Below, one piece after another: positions 10,942-25,200 of a stretch of 64,000 bases of DNA. Source of the DNA: Marsupella aquatica (lineage: Eukaryota > Plantae > Marchantiophyta); the NCBI GenBank assembly GCA_973895155.1, contig OZ316894.1, forward strand, positions 26,900,340-26,964,339. Direction: 5' to 3'. The notes below the pieces were generated by a model. It was not told the origin of the DNA, ran no database searches, and was given only the letters and a program-made list of their open reading frames with translations. Position 1 is the first letter of the stretch, and each line of letters starts with the position of its first letter. The translations under genes were made by a program, and so were the position numbers.

Positions 10942-13900
10942 ATGGCACAATTGCCACAGAATACGTTAGGTGTGGGTAGAACTCCAAAGTTGCCGCTCTT
11001 CCATCCAGCTAGAGTACAACATCGTGATGATGCTTTGTGGGTTCGAGAACAGAAGGCCTGCCACAAGAGTGGGGACCATAAGATGTACTGCCCTTGTGTG
11101 AACTGCAAAGGGAATTATAGGACTAATCGGAATACTGCTAGACTGCACCTTATTAAACATGGTCGGTACCCTGCATGTCGAGTGTGGGTGGGAGAGGGAC
11201 AGGACTCTTCTGATGAAGAGTGGGGTGCTGACTACATGTCACAACATGGCCCTGAGGCATTGAGGGTAGCAAACCTTCAGCAGGCAACCTGTGCACAACA
11301 GCCAACTGTAGATGTTGAAGAACATTTATTTGTAGATGTTCCAGAGTATCCAACTGTGGATGTTCCAGAGTATCCAACTGTGGATGTTCAAGAACATCCA
11401 ACTATAGATGTCGAAGAACATATCAGGGCTCTACTGGAAGAAACGTTGCTGAGAACCAGTGAAGAATCCCCTGAGCATGAGCTAGATGATCAGGACCGTT
11501 TTGACTTGGATTTTGTACTTGGGGATGATGAGAGTGAAGGAGGTGCCCATCCTGTAAACCCCCTTGAAACCTCCAAAACTCCTGTGGAGACTGATCCTGC
11601 ACAGTTATCTTTAGATGCAGCAATGCAACCTTTGTTCCCAGGCAGCAAAATAGATGTTGTGTCATTCATGTTGCTTCTGCTGAACATCTGTCATGGCCAT
11701 GGATTCTCAAACAAAGGAGTGAATGCATTGTTGTCTTTGATGGGGGAGCATGGTATGCCTACAGAGCATAATCTGCCCAAGAACTTATATGCTGCAAAGC
11801 AGCTATTGAGAAAGCTTGGCTTGGATTATGAGAGAATCCCTGTCTGTGAGAAAGGTTGTATGCTCTTTAGGGGTGAGAATGCCAAGTTAGAAAACTGTTC
11901 AGTGTGTCAGCAGCCCAAGATGAAGAGAGTGGGGAATTCATTACAGGCAAGGAAGGTAGTGCGGTATTTCCCTATAATTCCCAGGTTGAAGAGATTGTAT
12001 GCCACTGCTGGTACATCTAAACTCATGACTTGGCATCATGAGAATAGAAGCACAGACAACATGGTTCGGCACGCAGCAGATTCAAAGGCTTGGAAGCATG
12101 TGGATACAAATATTGATCGGGAATTTGCAGCTGAACCAAGGAATGTGCGATTTGGGTTGGCACTTGATGGGGTGAATCCCTTTGGGAATAATTCCACAGC
12201 TTGGTCTACCTGGCCAATACTGTTGTTGAATTACAATTTACCTCCTTGGCTTACCACCAAGAAGTTCTTTGTCATGCTAGCTATGCTGATTCCAGGACCT
12301 GATTCAGTAACAGAGGAACAGCTAGACATAATATTGGGCCCATTCTATGAGGAGTTGGAGCTGTTGTGGAAGAAAGGAGTGCCCTGCTTTGACAAATTGC
12401 CACGCCCAGGATTGTCTCAACACTTCAACCTTAGGGCTGTGCTATTGTGGACAATCAATGATTACCCTGCATATGGTTTAATATCTGGACAACAACACTC
12501 TGGATACAAAGGATGTGTCATCTGTGGGCCAGAATGTGTGGCACGTGGTTCTAAGCACTTGCAGAAATTAGAGTACAGTGGCCACCGTCGATGGTTAGCA
12601 ACAAGGCATCTTTTTCGTAGACCAGATAGTGCACAATACTTTGATGGTGCAATTGAGAGTCGACCTGCACCGTGTAGAATGACAAGCTCTGATAGAAAGA
12701 AGTGGGGAGACGAGACAACAGAATATTTGAAGAAGGGAGGAACCAAGGTTGAGGATGAGAAATGCCCCATAAAGGTGCATGGAGTGAAGAGGGCTACTGG
12801 TCTGTACAAGTTGCCCTATTGGAATGTAAGACTCCATACTACTACAATGAATTTCTGCAATCTCTTCATATGACTTTGAAATATATTCTCTTCATATACT
12901 TCCTGTAGCCCAGATTTTGTAATTGTTGTATTCAATGCACTAATTTCTGAATTGTGTCCACTGCACAAACTACTGCCCAGTGATGCCAAAAGTTGTATTC
13001 AATGCCCTAATTTCTGAATTGTGTGTCCACTGCAGAAACTACTCATTAACCATTGTCTAGATCCCATGCACTGTGAGAAGAATCTTGCACACAACATTGT
13101 GCACACTATCATTGGGACCAAGGACACTCCTTCTGTGAGAGAAGACATGAAGCTCTTACAGGTGCGCCAACACCTATGGCTTGTACCCAATCCAGCTCCC
13201 AAGCGTAAGGATGACAAATTGTTGATGCCCCCAGCCCCATATTGCCTGAGCAAGAAGGAAAGAACAAGGTTCTTGGAGGTTTTATTGACCTTGAAAGGGC
13301 CCACTGGTTTTTCAAGTTCTTTGGCAAAGTGTGTTACAAAATCCAAGAAACTCTCTGGGTTGAAATCACATGATTTCCACCAACTCATGCAACAGATTCT
13401 CCCTCTGGCAACAATGGGATTACTTGATGAAGGGGTTCGCTTGGCCATAGCTGGGGTGAGCAATATCTATCGCCAGATCTGTACGAAGGTGTGGGACCCT
13501 TCAATGTATGAGAATTTGATGATGGATGTTGCATTCACTCTCTGCATTTTGGAAATCCATTTTCCACCAAGCTTCTTTGATGTCATGACCCATTTAATGA
13601 TTCACCTAGTGGAGGAATTAGACTTGTGTGGCCCAGTTACAGGCAGATGGATGTACCCAATAGAGAGGAACCTGAAGGTATTGAAGGGTTATGTACGAAA
13701 CAAGGCACGTCCAGAGGCTTCTATGGCTGAAGGCTATGTATTAGATGAGTCTTTGGGATTTCTTTCTGAATACATGATTGATGCAAAGGGAGAGGGAAAA
13801 CGAACCTGGGAGTTGGAGGAGGATGCTGGCGTTGCAGGCATTGTTTTGGAAGGGGCTGCAAAGGCGATAACTTTGGATTGGTCTGAAATGATGGCCATGC

Positions 13901-14935
13901 ATCATTATATATTAGAGAATGAAGAGACAGTGGCTCCATGGTATAGGTACATAAACCCTAGAAACTCTCCTATCCTTAGGCATATGGATCATAATTATGT
14001 TTCCCCATTGTGTTTGTATATTCATGGTGGATCGTGCACTAATGTCTTCAGTGTTGTTGTTGCCATGCAGGATATATGATGCTACCAATGAGACTGTTAC
14101 CAAACGAAGAGTGGATTTCCGGAAGGAGTGGATGAGGAAGCCTGCCAATCGAAGAAAACCAGTGGAATTTCCCGTAGACTGCCAAGAATTGCCACCTTTC
14201 AGGGAATGGTTTCAAACATTAGTCAATACCCATAATTTTGAGAAAGAGTCTGAGCGGTCATTACTATCTGCATACTCCACACCACCTAGTTTGAAGGCAC
14301 GACTGTATAGGGCATGTAGAGCCTATGGGCACCATTGGAGGACTATTCCATCCTTGGGGTGTTTGAGTGATTGTGATTCTGGTGCTTTCAGCACTTTTGA
14401 TTCTGGGATGGCTTCTACATTCACTGAGAAGCGAGTGGACAGGTCTGGTGCAACCATAGAAGAATCTGTACAGTATGTAGGGGCCTTGACAGATATCTTG
14501 GTACTGAATTATGGCAGCTTGAGGAAAGAGGTGATTCTTTTCAAAGGGAAATGGGCAGATCCATCATGGACTCCTAAATCCTCTGCCAGTATGAGGTATA
14601 CCAAGTCTGGTCTTTGGCAGGTGAATTTCCATAGAGAACTGGGTGTGTCCAAGAAAATGGATTACGTTTTCCCAAAGCAAGTGGAGCAGGTTTTCTTCCA
14701 CCCCAATGAGAAGGGGATAGCATGGAGAACAATCCTCCACAAAGAATCCAGGTCCACAAGGGTGTTAGGTGATTACACAGACGTTGATTTCCATGCTACA
14801 ATGGAAAACAATGTCAAATTACACATCGAATTGGCTAAGGCCTGTAGGTCCAGAGAAAATCCAGGACCAAGTACTGGTCCCAAACGAGGCAGAGATGCAG
14901 AGGGATCTGCAAGAAAGGGCAGGCCTAAGCAGTGA
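10942..14935 (+). CDS. CACTA TnpD transposase (Transposase_21 + DUF4218 + DUF4216); predicted join 10942-12825, 13036-13946, 14071-14935
   Basis: Motifs MYCPCVNC, RYFPIIPRLKRLY, HAADSKAW, RNVRFGLALDGVNPF, NDYPAYG, DPMHCEKN, GLKSHDFH, RWMYPIER and QVEQVFF. GT..AG introns keep the frame and no internal stops are seen. Confidence 0.92.
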
Positions 14936-15033
14936 ATAGGTTTTAGCTAGGTGTGTGAAGTCCATAGATGGACTACATGTATGGACTATTTATGAAATCA
15001 GACTAATGGTTTATCCATTTGTGCAGTTGGTGA

Positions 15034-18000
15034 ATGCAGCCTGTGAAAGGAAGATTGCAAGGGTTGTCACATTCTGTGAATCCTTATGAGGAGGCCCGAA
15101 ATCGGAACATAGAGCATAATGTCAGAATTATGCGTGATCTAGGACTGGGGCCAGACTGCAAGCTGATGTGTGTGTTGATATGTCTATTGCAAATTTGATT
15201 CAGTAGATGGAGTTGTCAGGTTCATGTTCTGTTTTCATATTCCAGATTGGTCTCATACTAGTATGGATCCTGTACATAAGTACTAGTGTTATGGTGTTGT
15301 AGATTCATTTTGCATGTATGTTTGATCTGCATTGGTGTATGTTGATGATTGCTTTGTTCCTTAGAGGCCCAACCACACATGTACAACGAGAGAGAGGAAA
15401 GCCTGCTTTGGTGAAAGGTACTTCAACTGAAACATTGCCAAAGAGGAGGAGCTCTAGACTATCAGAAGTTACCAAGGTGAACATGGCAGAGTTTGGTGAT
15501 GATGGCTATGGTTCTCCTTCTGAGTATGACACTGAGGATTCTGACATTGGAGGGTCAGAACCAGAGAGTGCACAACAGGTAATGCTTGAACTTCATCATC
15601 CTAATAGGAAGGGATCCTTGTCCCTTTTTCAAATTATATGTTGATATGCTTACGTTGTCCATGATGTAGGTACAGAAACAAAATTGTGGTCCTAAGAAGA
15701 CTGGGCCTGGTGGAGGTGGGCTAGTGAGATGTTGGAAAGACCCAGACACTGGACTCTTATATGAAAGTGAGTGGATTGTACTGTTCTACTTTTCAGGTGT
15801 GTTTGGAAGTTGATATTCTACTTGGAAATGAAATTAATTGAAGTGCTTTGGTGTTGTGTGTTTGTTTAGTGGTTCCATCAGCATCTGAAGGCAGATCAGG
15901 TCAATCTGATGTACTACATTCCAGAGGATCTTCAGGTAATACACAATCTGCTCGTGTTGCATATGCAAGTACATTTGCTCAACTTTTCAATCATGTACAT
16001 ATTTTTTGATTGAATGCATGTGTGTGCATTGCAGGAGGGGCCTCTGAGATGCGCAGGGAACGAAGGCATGCTAAGAAGCAGTTTGATAATACTGCCAAAC
16101 AACGAAGGGATTGCGGAGAGGTGCCCAAACACATTAAAGTGAGTATTGTACTTGTTTGTAGATTTAGACAAATCTGATCCTCTCTGTTGTTGTGTGTATA
16201 AAACCTGGACTCTGCATAAATTCCAGAGTTATGATCTGACATTGTCTATGAAATGCAGATTTATGACAATGATATTGATGATTCTGATGGCAACAAACAA
16301 TACTGGCTGGAGGAACTTCGTGGCAACGTACTCAGAGTCTTTGATGTATCAAAGCCAAAATGGACTGATCATCCACAAGTTCATACAACCACAGTGTGGA
16401 ATAACATGGCAGCTGAGTGGGAGTATGTGGGTGGGGAATTTATTAACACCAAATTCCAGAGTCATTGTCGTGGCATATTGAAGAGAGAGCGCCATAAAAT
16501 GCATGTTTATTGGAAGAAAGTTTGCAATGAGGATCCAACCAAACTTGGGCCATCTGGTGTTGATCCAAAGAAATGGGCAGCTTTGGTATCTCATTTTACC
16601 AGTCCAGCATTGATATCTTTGAGTAAACAGATGACTGATAAAAGAGCACGAGTGCAAGATACCTCTCACTTTGGAAGGGGAGGGCATGCTGCAGCAGCAA
16701 AGAGAATGGTAAATTGTCTATCATTTTCACTATCAATTCTGTCTTGTTTGTGAATCTTGATGAAAACAAACTCTGTGATTTCTCATTCATTGTGTGTTTG
16801 AACAGAAGCAGAAGAGAGGATCAAGCCCAGGTATATCTGACCTGAAAGAAAACCATGGTAGTCAGGGTTCATTGCCAAAGGTGACAATGAGCCCATCATT
16901 GGCAAGTGCAGAAGGTCAGACTGGTAGTTTTGTGGGAGCAAAGGTGAGCCCATCATTGGCAAGTGGGGAGGGTAAAAGTGCTAGCTTACTGGGGCAAGGA
17001 AACAGACATGGATCAGCTGTGAGTATTGTCATACCAATTTGATTTGTACATCATTCTCCATTTGACAGAGCCAGTGTTGTGTCGTTTGTAAGTTTGACAG
17101 TGAGACTGTTGTGTTGGTTTGTGGTTCATTTACAGACCCCACATTCAAAAGAAGAGATCACTGCCATTGGGGCTGTGAAATTGGATGTCGCTGAGTTGAA
17201 AGGCACTGTGAGGGAGTTGACAAACATGATGACTACGTGGATGGCACATCACCCCAGTAATGCACAAGTTCCAACAGTTGTGCCTAGTCACAGTAAGTTG
17301 ACTACAACTACCAAACAAGGTAGTAGAAAGCGATCTCTTACTTTTTCAGGCGATAATGAAGGTAAAATTCTCTATCATGTATACACTGTCCATTCAATGT
17401 AATTATTGTGATGTGTATATGTCATTGCATGTTTATAATGTTCTTGCATGTTTTTAGTGTGATTATATGTTGCTGGTGTATACATGTTTGTTTATGCATT
17501 TCTTTTGTGTGTGTTTTATGACAGCATCTTTAGGGGAGCCTCCTGTGTCACAGGGAAGACCAACTGACACAGCTAACAGTACTCTAAAGCAAACTGAATT
17601 GGAAGTGAACCTTTTGCCATCTAAGTTGCCCAAAGAAGCCATTTCAGATGTCTTTCAGTTGCCAGAGGATAAGTCGACTCAGTTGACACCAGATGTAACC
17701 CCAGAATCATCTGAGTTGCCAAAAGAAACTCCCATTCCAAGTGAACAGGATGACACTCCATCAACTAGAAAGGGAAAGAAGAAAAGGAAGAAAGGATCCT
17801 CAGCAAATGCATCACCTGCACAGAAGAAACCAATGCAGTCTCCTAACCCCGTTGCAAAGGTAAATGTGTGTTTGATTTGAGTGTTCTTCTATCTTTCAAT
17901 TTCTGTTTATTGCATTTTTAACAAAATGTGTTGTTCACAGTTTGCAAGAGGAGATTTGGTGAAGATGAAGAGCGTTGTGGACAATTCCATGATAGTGGCA

Positions 18001-18201
18001 GAAGGTGAGGTGACAGGGCTGCCAGGAGAAGATAAGTTTCATTGTGCAGATTTTGAAAGCCCTTTCTTGCGAGTGCGTGTGATTGAAGTGTTTGTAGATG
18101 TGGCATTGCCATTTGCCAATTCAGGGGAGAACCAGTCTAAATTATCTGATGTGAAAGGGATGAATGCCCTATGGAACTCTAGATTGCTTAAGAAGCAATA
18201 G
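15034..18201 (+). CDS. CACTA TnpA-like multi-exon gene (Transposase_24-like core, Tnp1/En/Spm-like C-terminus)
   Basis: First exon MQPVK...NPYEEARNRNIEHNVRIMRDLGL. Exon ~16259-16708 PSGVDPKKWAALVSHF...RARVQDTSHFGRGG. Last exon 17941-18201 VAEGEV...FLRVRVIEVFVDVALPF. Internal exon boundaries are approximate. Confidence 0.7.
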
Positions 18202-18539
18202 AAATAGCACTCTATCAAGAAACAATAGACATGATAGAATGACAACTCTGTTTTTCTATAAACATGCAGAGTGATTGGTATGTCAGGTTGTAACAATTGA
18301 CAATCTAATATTATTGATGTCAATGTAATTTTGTTTCATAAATTTGCATTGAGTTCAATATTTACCGTGAGACTTATGAAGGTATCTTGTATGAATATCA
18401 ATTGGATTTGTGATATATATCGAATGTTTCTTTAAGTTTTCATTTAGCAACTCTATTGAATGGCTTTGTAATATATGATTTTTGATTGACATCAAGTTTT
18501 ATCTATCATGATCACTTAAATTTGAATTTCTCCAAATCA

Positions 18540-19284
18540 TTGAATACTTCGTCTGAATGATTGGCTTGAATGACTAAATGACTAGCTAGAATGACTGATG
18601 TAATGGTCATTATTCACAACTATCTTTGTGACCAATATGACTCAACTCTGGTCATTAAAGACATAGACTAAATGATTCAAAGAATGACATATACAATGAC
18701 CTTTCTCATGGTCATTATAAACAAGTCCACTATGACTCACTTTATGTCATTCAAGACATGTCATTAATGACTAATGTGTATCTTTACGTGTCTTCTCCCA
18801 ATTGAACCACGTGTCTCAATATGACTTGTTTATACTGTAGTCATTTTGGACACGTCCAAAATGACCCAAATATATTGCCAAATGGTGAATCCTCTTTGAA
18901 CCACGTGTCACTATTTGATTTGTTATATAATGTACGTCATTTTGGACTGTCCAAAATGACCAATGTTATTAGTTTTTTTATTGCCACGTGTCGTTGTGTG
19001 ATTGGGTACGGGGACCATCGACGGTCAACGGCAATTGACCGTCGATGGTGATTTGTGTCGTCATTTTGGACCGTTCAACATTTATGACCATATCATAAAA
19101 ACGGTCATTTAGGATAGTATGAAATGACCACATGTTTTTAGCGTCATTTGTCCAAAAGGACCGTGACCAAAATGTCCGTTGTGACGTGTCTGGAAAGACG
19201 AGAACAATTGCGTCATTGTTTTGTTAAAAAGACCTGATTAATAGTCATTGTTTTGGTCATAAAATACATTGTTTTCTACTAGTG
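18540..19284. repeat. Right subterminal repeat region and right TIR (19270-19284)
   Basis: Dense AATGAC/GTCATT motifs, ending TGTTTTCTACTAGTG. Confidence 0.8.
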
Positions 19285-20051
19285 TAGGTCGCGTGTTGAA
19301 AGGAGAGAAGCCTGTGACCATTTTGATGAGGCATCTATAATGGCCAAGAAGAATCAAAATGGTCCACTTGGGGGATCGATTGGGCCACATACACCAGCGT
19401 GGATCCTTTCTAGGAAGTTGGGGATCCTATTTTCTGTCGTAGGTGGTGATGGCCTAATTGTGAGGCCTTTCATTGACGTGGGGTGTACCCGGTTTGGTAT
19501 ACCCGTGGAATATTTAATGATTTTATGAAACATGTTGAGGCCCGGGTCACCCAATCATCTATGCCAGATCTATGTAATCAGGTTGGTATGTGATTCTGTG
19601 TGAAAGCAGTGTATTTTGGTTATATAAAAACCGAGGGGGTAGGCCATGAGGGTCTCTTTTGTTTCTGTCCCATTAGGTGTCAGTGCAATAACGTGTAATA
19701 CTTCTTGTGTGTTTATCATATTTGTATGAATATGTAGGCCATTGGCTCGGATGTCTCTGAAACTGAGGAGGTTCCTCGTTGCTCTTGGTGCGTACCTTGC
19801 TGATATTATTTGGATAACTGTGCCTCGAGTAAGATGATTGTGGCTGGGCCATATCCTTCTTTGATTTGGTGTTGGCCCATTATGGTGGTGACCCTCCATT
19901 GTGAACTAAGGTGTTATTTCTCTAAAGTACTGTCTATTCCTCAGGTAGGAGTGGGAGGTTCCGCTGTCGACAATACATGAGTGTGGGTCATCCAACTCTG
20001 GTAGTGTGGGATGGTGTGCTACGAGCTCGGGGGTCTCACTATACGGATGCC

Positions 20052-20290
20052 TCCCCATCACCTGCGACGTTTTTAGGCCTCGGACCCCCTAAAATGTAAG
20101 AATTTTTTTTATTTTTTCAACCCCTATAAAGTTGGAATATTCTTGGAATATTCCAAAATTTGGTTATAAGGACCCTAATGTTCTTATAAGTTCCAAAATT
20201 GGATTTAAAAGACCCTATTGTTCTTCTCAAAAAATTCTTAAGTCTTCCATTTGAACCAATAAAATGACCCTATACTTTGTCGCACGTGAT
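20052..20290. mobile_element. ~240-bp AT-rich MITE-like insertion in the copia element
   Basis: Inverted ends ATCACCTGCGAC / GTCGCACGTGAT (11/12), with ATGCC repeated at 20047-20051 and 20291-20295. Confidence 0.5.
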
Positions 20291-21862
20291 ATGCCATTTT
20301 TGTGGAAGTGAAACCCCCGAGGCTATGAGGTGCATTTCTGCTAATGTTTATGTGGATTCGAGGAAGACACAGTGGGTTTTGAATTGTGTTGTGTTTAAGC
20401 TTTGTTTATATAATGCTGCCAGGTGTGCTGGGGCTCTACAGTTTTTCTGTAAGTGCCGTTTCGTTCCACATGGAAAACAAATTGGAGGGTTTTCAAATTT
20501 ATCTCTTGTTGTTGTGGGGTTGTGTCTGTCCTGAGTTCTCGTTCGTTGTGGGTTGCTATTATCTCTTCTTCAGGTATTCCGATAATTGTTGCCGCTGAAC
20601 CTGGGTCTTCCACGACCCCTTCCTTGGTATGTATTGCTTCTGCCACCGCGTCTGAAGTTGTTTCCTCGGCCCGCTTGGGACGCTCTCGCTCTACTGCCCC
20701 CTCTCCCACCAAATGAGGTCCCATTTTCCCTCTATTGTGCATTGTAATGTGTTTCTGTATTTGGTTGTGGTGGGAGTGTGCCTGGGGGTCTTGTTTTTGT
20801 GTTCTGTAGTAGTAATAGTTGATGTTTTTTGGCCAACAGCATATGTGCAATCAACTCGGAATATTTAGTGAAGTTCATGTTCATGTATTGTGTGGATAGG
20901 ACTAGGTTGGTGGAGTGGAATATGGACAATGTTTTCTCAGTCTGCTCTTCATCTCCCACTGGTTGTCTGCAAATGGCCAATTGTGCAACAATTCTGAATA
21001 GTTCGCTGTTGTAATCGGCAATAGTTTTGTGGTCCTCAACTCTAAGATTAACCTAGTCATGCCTTGCTGCAGGTAGAAAAATTGTGCACGTGTGGTCAAA
21101 TCTTGAGTGTAGGTCATCCCAGAGGATGCAGGGAATATATTCATTCATGTACTGGTGTTTTAGGGAGTCTACAAGGTGATGTCTAATTAGAATTAAGGCT
21201 TTGGCCTTCTGCTGCAAAGTCGGTCCGGCATCCATTAGAATGGTGTCTTGCAGATCTTTAGAGGCAAGGTGTGCTTCGATATCTACAGATCAAGAAGATA
21301 GTTGGATCCGTCTATATTCAACGCTTGGAAGTAGAGTTTTTCGATAGTATTTGTGGTCATTGTGGGTGTCCAAAGATTGAGGGGAATTTTGTGATTCTCA
21401 ATTGAATGATCACTGTATGAGATACGGTAAAATGGGAAAGTCACTTATCTTTTGTAATTTGCGCCTGCACCTTTCTGGTTCCCTTGTCCCGGAGTTATTA
21501 TTGGGTAGACATTTCTCGCCTCGTTTCTCGCTCAGCTGTTTGTAGTAGCATTCAACGTTGTCCGGATTTGAGGATTGGCTGCCTTGGATGTGCTCGGGGA
21601 GATTGCTCGGATGTTCGATTGTATCCTTGAATAAAGTTATGGAGATTGGTGAAATTGGTTGGCGATATCATTAGGCGGTGAATGTTTGGTGGGATGGAAT
21701 CGCCTATGTGGAAAATGGACTAATTTGCAATCTAAATCCCATGCCAATTTTTGACAGAAATTTACAGAGATCTGTGTATAATTTAGTAAGGAGACCCCTC
21801 CACATCTAATTCTCACTTCTAAAGGGAAAAATTGAATGTCGAGCCTACTCATGTTGCTAACG

Positions 21863-22005
21863 TGTTGAGTACTACATAGAATAGTCTTCTCATTCATGTA
21901 GGGAAACATATATACATAGCGGTAGTTACTCAGGTGGTTGTGGTAACTACCTTAGGTTAGTGGTTACATCATGATTTGAAGTAAACTTAACCTTAGGTTA
22001 CAACA
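21863..22005 (-). repeat. Short 5' LTR of the copia element
   Basis: TGTTG...CAACA ends, 143 bp. On the minus strand it is followed by CGTTAGCA, which resembles the Bianca PBS. Confidence 0.65.
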
Positions 22006-22292
22006 GCTTTTAAATATGTGGAGGAGGTCCACATTTGCAAATGAGAATTATGCAGACGGAGGTCAAAGATTAATCGGATATTGGTCATCGTGACTTATTT
22101 CCCGACCAATCAGGTCCGCCTCGCTAGCCATTTCCAGTGTCGCTAGCAAAATTTCCTGTTTTCTCATTGAATTGACAGCCGAGGATTGAGGAAAACAACT
22201 GCCAGGTTGGCACTCCAGTGTCAAGAACGTTAAATTTAGTGGTTGATTGCTGCCTGACTGTTTTTGGATTAATTCAAAGGACGAACGTTGTC

Positions 22293-25200
22293 TTTCCACC
22301 AGACGTCTTCAACATCTCACCCAAGCAAATTCAAGCCAAAAAGAAGAGATAACAGATTAAGCGCAGCTACTATGGTAACAGCAGGAGTTTTTATGATAGC
22401 AAGGTGTTCTCCTTCATTCGAATACTTACCTAATGCTCTGATTGTTATTACTTCTCTCTCTAGACCTTCTACACATGAATCTATTTTCTTGAAGTAGGCA
22501 TGGGCCCAGCAGAAGCAACAGACGCATGCTACTCCACTATTCCTTGCAGAACTATGCTCCCTTCTACGTTCACGCGCACGGTCTATGAGCTTTCGGATAC
22601 AATCATGCCGTCAGGGTAGCAAAGTTTCTACTGCAAATACAGTCCTGCCTTGTACGATAAGCCTTCACGATAGTGCTCTACAGTGCATCATTCCATTCTC
22701 GCGTCATTTGAGAATTATTCCCTTACGCCTTCCCTAACCCCAGAGTAGCTAACAAGCTTTCGAGCACGTTTCACGACCTATCTTGGGAATCTGAGAAGCT
22801 CAGACAGTTGAGATGCAGATGGAACTCCATATCGTTTTAGTCGAATCCAGACTGTCAACTCCCTTTGAAGCAGAAGAACATGGCCACTTTACTAGAATTG
22901 AATTATCTAATCTTCGACATGGATGTATTCGAAGATCTGCATACATCCATCAGTCTCGGCCAAAGGCTTCCTGCAAGTCGATGAACTCGAAGACTCATTG
23001 CTTGAAGTTTTCTGCTGGTGGAGGTCGCCATCCGCGCATTTGATCTTTATGCCCTTCAGTTTCGTCTCCTGTCACCAATGTGAGTTCCCTTGCAGTACCA
23101 TGTTCACAGCAAGGCAGCTACTGTACGCAAACTCTTCTTTTGATCTAAGGACAATACTCAACTAAGATGTCAAAAGACATATCAAGCCAACAGCTTGATT
23201 TCACGCACCTATAATTTCGACACTCTAAACGAAACTTGCGTGACATTTCTCTTACATGAAATGGTCTTTCAGCGAGAAGACGGCTAGGTACAACCCCCAA
23301 TTGCAGAATCTCAAAATTAATGTTACAGAATTGCGACACCCAAAACCTGATTGTATCTGCGCTGCCAGTGACTACTGATTTGAAGTCACTTTCCAGCCAG
23401 CCCAACACAGCTTTCAATCTGGGTTCACCAGTAATCACCACAAGAACACATTCCATCTTTAAAATGGTGGAACCGATTTGCATCCCTTGCAATAATCTCG
23501 CGTCCGGTCACCTTAGAGATATACTTGGTTGCTGAGTGGCAATCTGAACACACCCGAAGGTTCTTACTTACACGAATAGGTTCTCCCCAAGGTAGGTGCA
23601 TAAGTCCGTAAGCAATAGCCAACTTCTCACTATGAGAGCAAAGGGCTAGCTCTTTATCCTCTTCATTGATATCACGCAATACAAGCTGGGTATCCGGAAT
23701 GTAGCCTTCCGCCTTCAGCTTTACACTCAATTTATTCAGCTCAGTATAGATCGCCTTCGCTTCTGGGTGAGATGTATCCCCCACCACAAATTCATGGATC
23801 TTGTTATGAACTTCGATCCAGCTACGTCCTGGCTCCTTCCGAACACCTCTCTCTTGCATCATAGTGCGCACAGATGACACCTTCTCCCACTTCCCAGCTG
23901 CAGCATAGATATTGGAGAGCAGCACATATGTAGAGGCCTTACCGGGTTCCAACTTGAAAAGCTCGTTAGCGGCCAGTTCACCCAGCTCCACGTTACCGTA
24001 AGTTCTACAAGCCCCAAGCAAGGCTGTCCAAGTTACATCATCTGGTTCGATCGGCATCTCACTGATCAACTGCTTTGCTTCTTCCACGTGTCCCGCCCGC
24101 CCAAGAATATCCACCATGAGGTTATACTGAAAAATAGTACGCTCGATACCATAATCTTGCGTCATAGCAGAAAAGATTCTACGGCCATCATCAACAAGGC
24201 CTCCATGAGAACAGGCTGACAACACAGCTGTGAATGACGTCTCGGTGGGCTTCACATGGTCTGCATTCATTTGTCTGAAAAGTTCCAGGGCTTCCTGCCC
24301 ATATCCGTGTTGTGCAAGTCCACCGATCATTATGTTCCAAGTGACTACATCGCGTTTCTCCATTCTGTTAAAAACAAGTCGGGCGTCAGCTATACTGCCA
24401 CTCTCTGCATACATGTGAACGAGTGCACTACCCACACGCAAATCCGACTCCAGTCCGGCTTTGCTAGCGTGGCCATGAACCTCCTTCACCCACTCCAAAG
24501 CCCCCGCACTTGCAGATGCATTCAGGATGGTCACATAAGTGATTTCATTTGGTTCGAAGCCTTGCCGTCTCATTTCAAGAAACATTCGATATGCTTCATG
24601 CCCAGATCCATGTTGTGCAAGCCCTCCTATCATTACAGTCCATGTGATTACATCGCGTTTCTCCATTCTGTCAAAGACCAGTCGGGCATCATCTATACTG
24701 CCAGTCTTCGCATACATGTGAACGAGTGCATTGCCCACACGCAAATCCGACTCCAGTCCGGCTTTTCTAGCGTGGCCATGAACCTCCTTCACCCACTCCA
24801 AAGGCCCCGCACTTGCAGATGCATTCAGGATGGTCACATAAGTGATTTCATTTGGTTCGAAGCCTTGGCGGCTCATTTCAAGAAACATTCGATATGCTTC
24901 ATGCCCAGATCCATGTTGTGCAAGCCCTCCTATCATTACAGTCCATGTGATTACATCGCGTTTCTCCATTCTGTCAAAGACCAGTCGGGCATCATCTATA
25001 CTGCCAATTTTCGCATACATGCGAACGAGTGCATTGCCCACTCGCAAATCCGACTCCAGTCCGGCTTTGCTAGCGTGGCCATGAACCTCCTTCACCCACT
25101 CCAAAGCCCTCGCACTTGCAGATGCATTCAGGATGGTCACATAAGTGATTTCATCTGGTTCGAAGCCTTGGCGTCTCATTTCAAGAAACTTTCGATATGC

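Larger units (their letters stand above)
180..19284 (+). mobile_element. CACTA (En/Spm) DNA transposon, ~19.1 kb, apparently full length
   Basis: Left end CACTAGAAGAAAACA (180-194). Right end TGTTTTCTACTAGTG (19270-19284), whose reverse complement matches at 14/15. AATGAC/GTCATT-rich subterminal regions at both ends and internal TnpD and TnpA-like genes. The 3-bp flanks (GTT/TAG) do not match. Confidence 0.9.
19285..22005 (-). mobile_element. Degenerate Ty1/copia (Bianca-like) retrotransposon, 5' part (LTR, gag, protease, start of integrase)
   Basis: Minus-strand fragments: gag KHQYMNE...LWDDLHSRFDH, protease CIVDSGTSHSYLR, and integrase FLERIHAGVCGPIDPPSGPF...DASSKWSQASLLSTRD. Many stops and frameshifts. 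Truncated at the CACTA right end. Confidence 0.85.

Noticed and set aside
11300-11420. 24-bp VDVPEYPT-type repeats in TnpD
   Set aside because: They are real but amount to an ordinary in-frame linker expansion.
23425-23830. Possible U-to-C (KP-type) DYW domain
   Set aside because: The PG box, HSEKLA and terminal DYW are the canonical C-to-U type in both copies.
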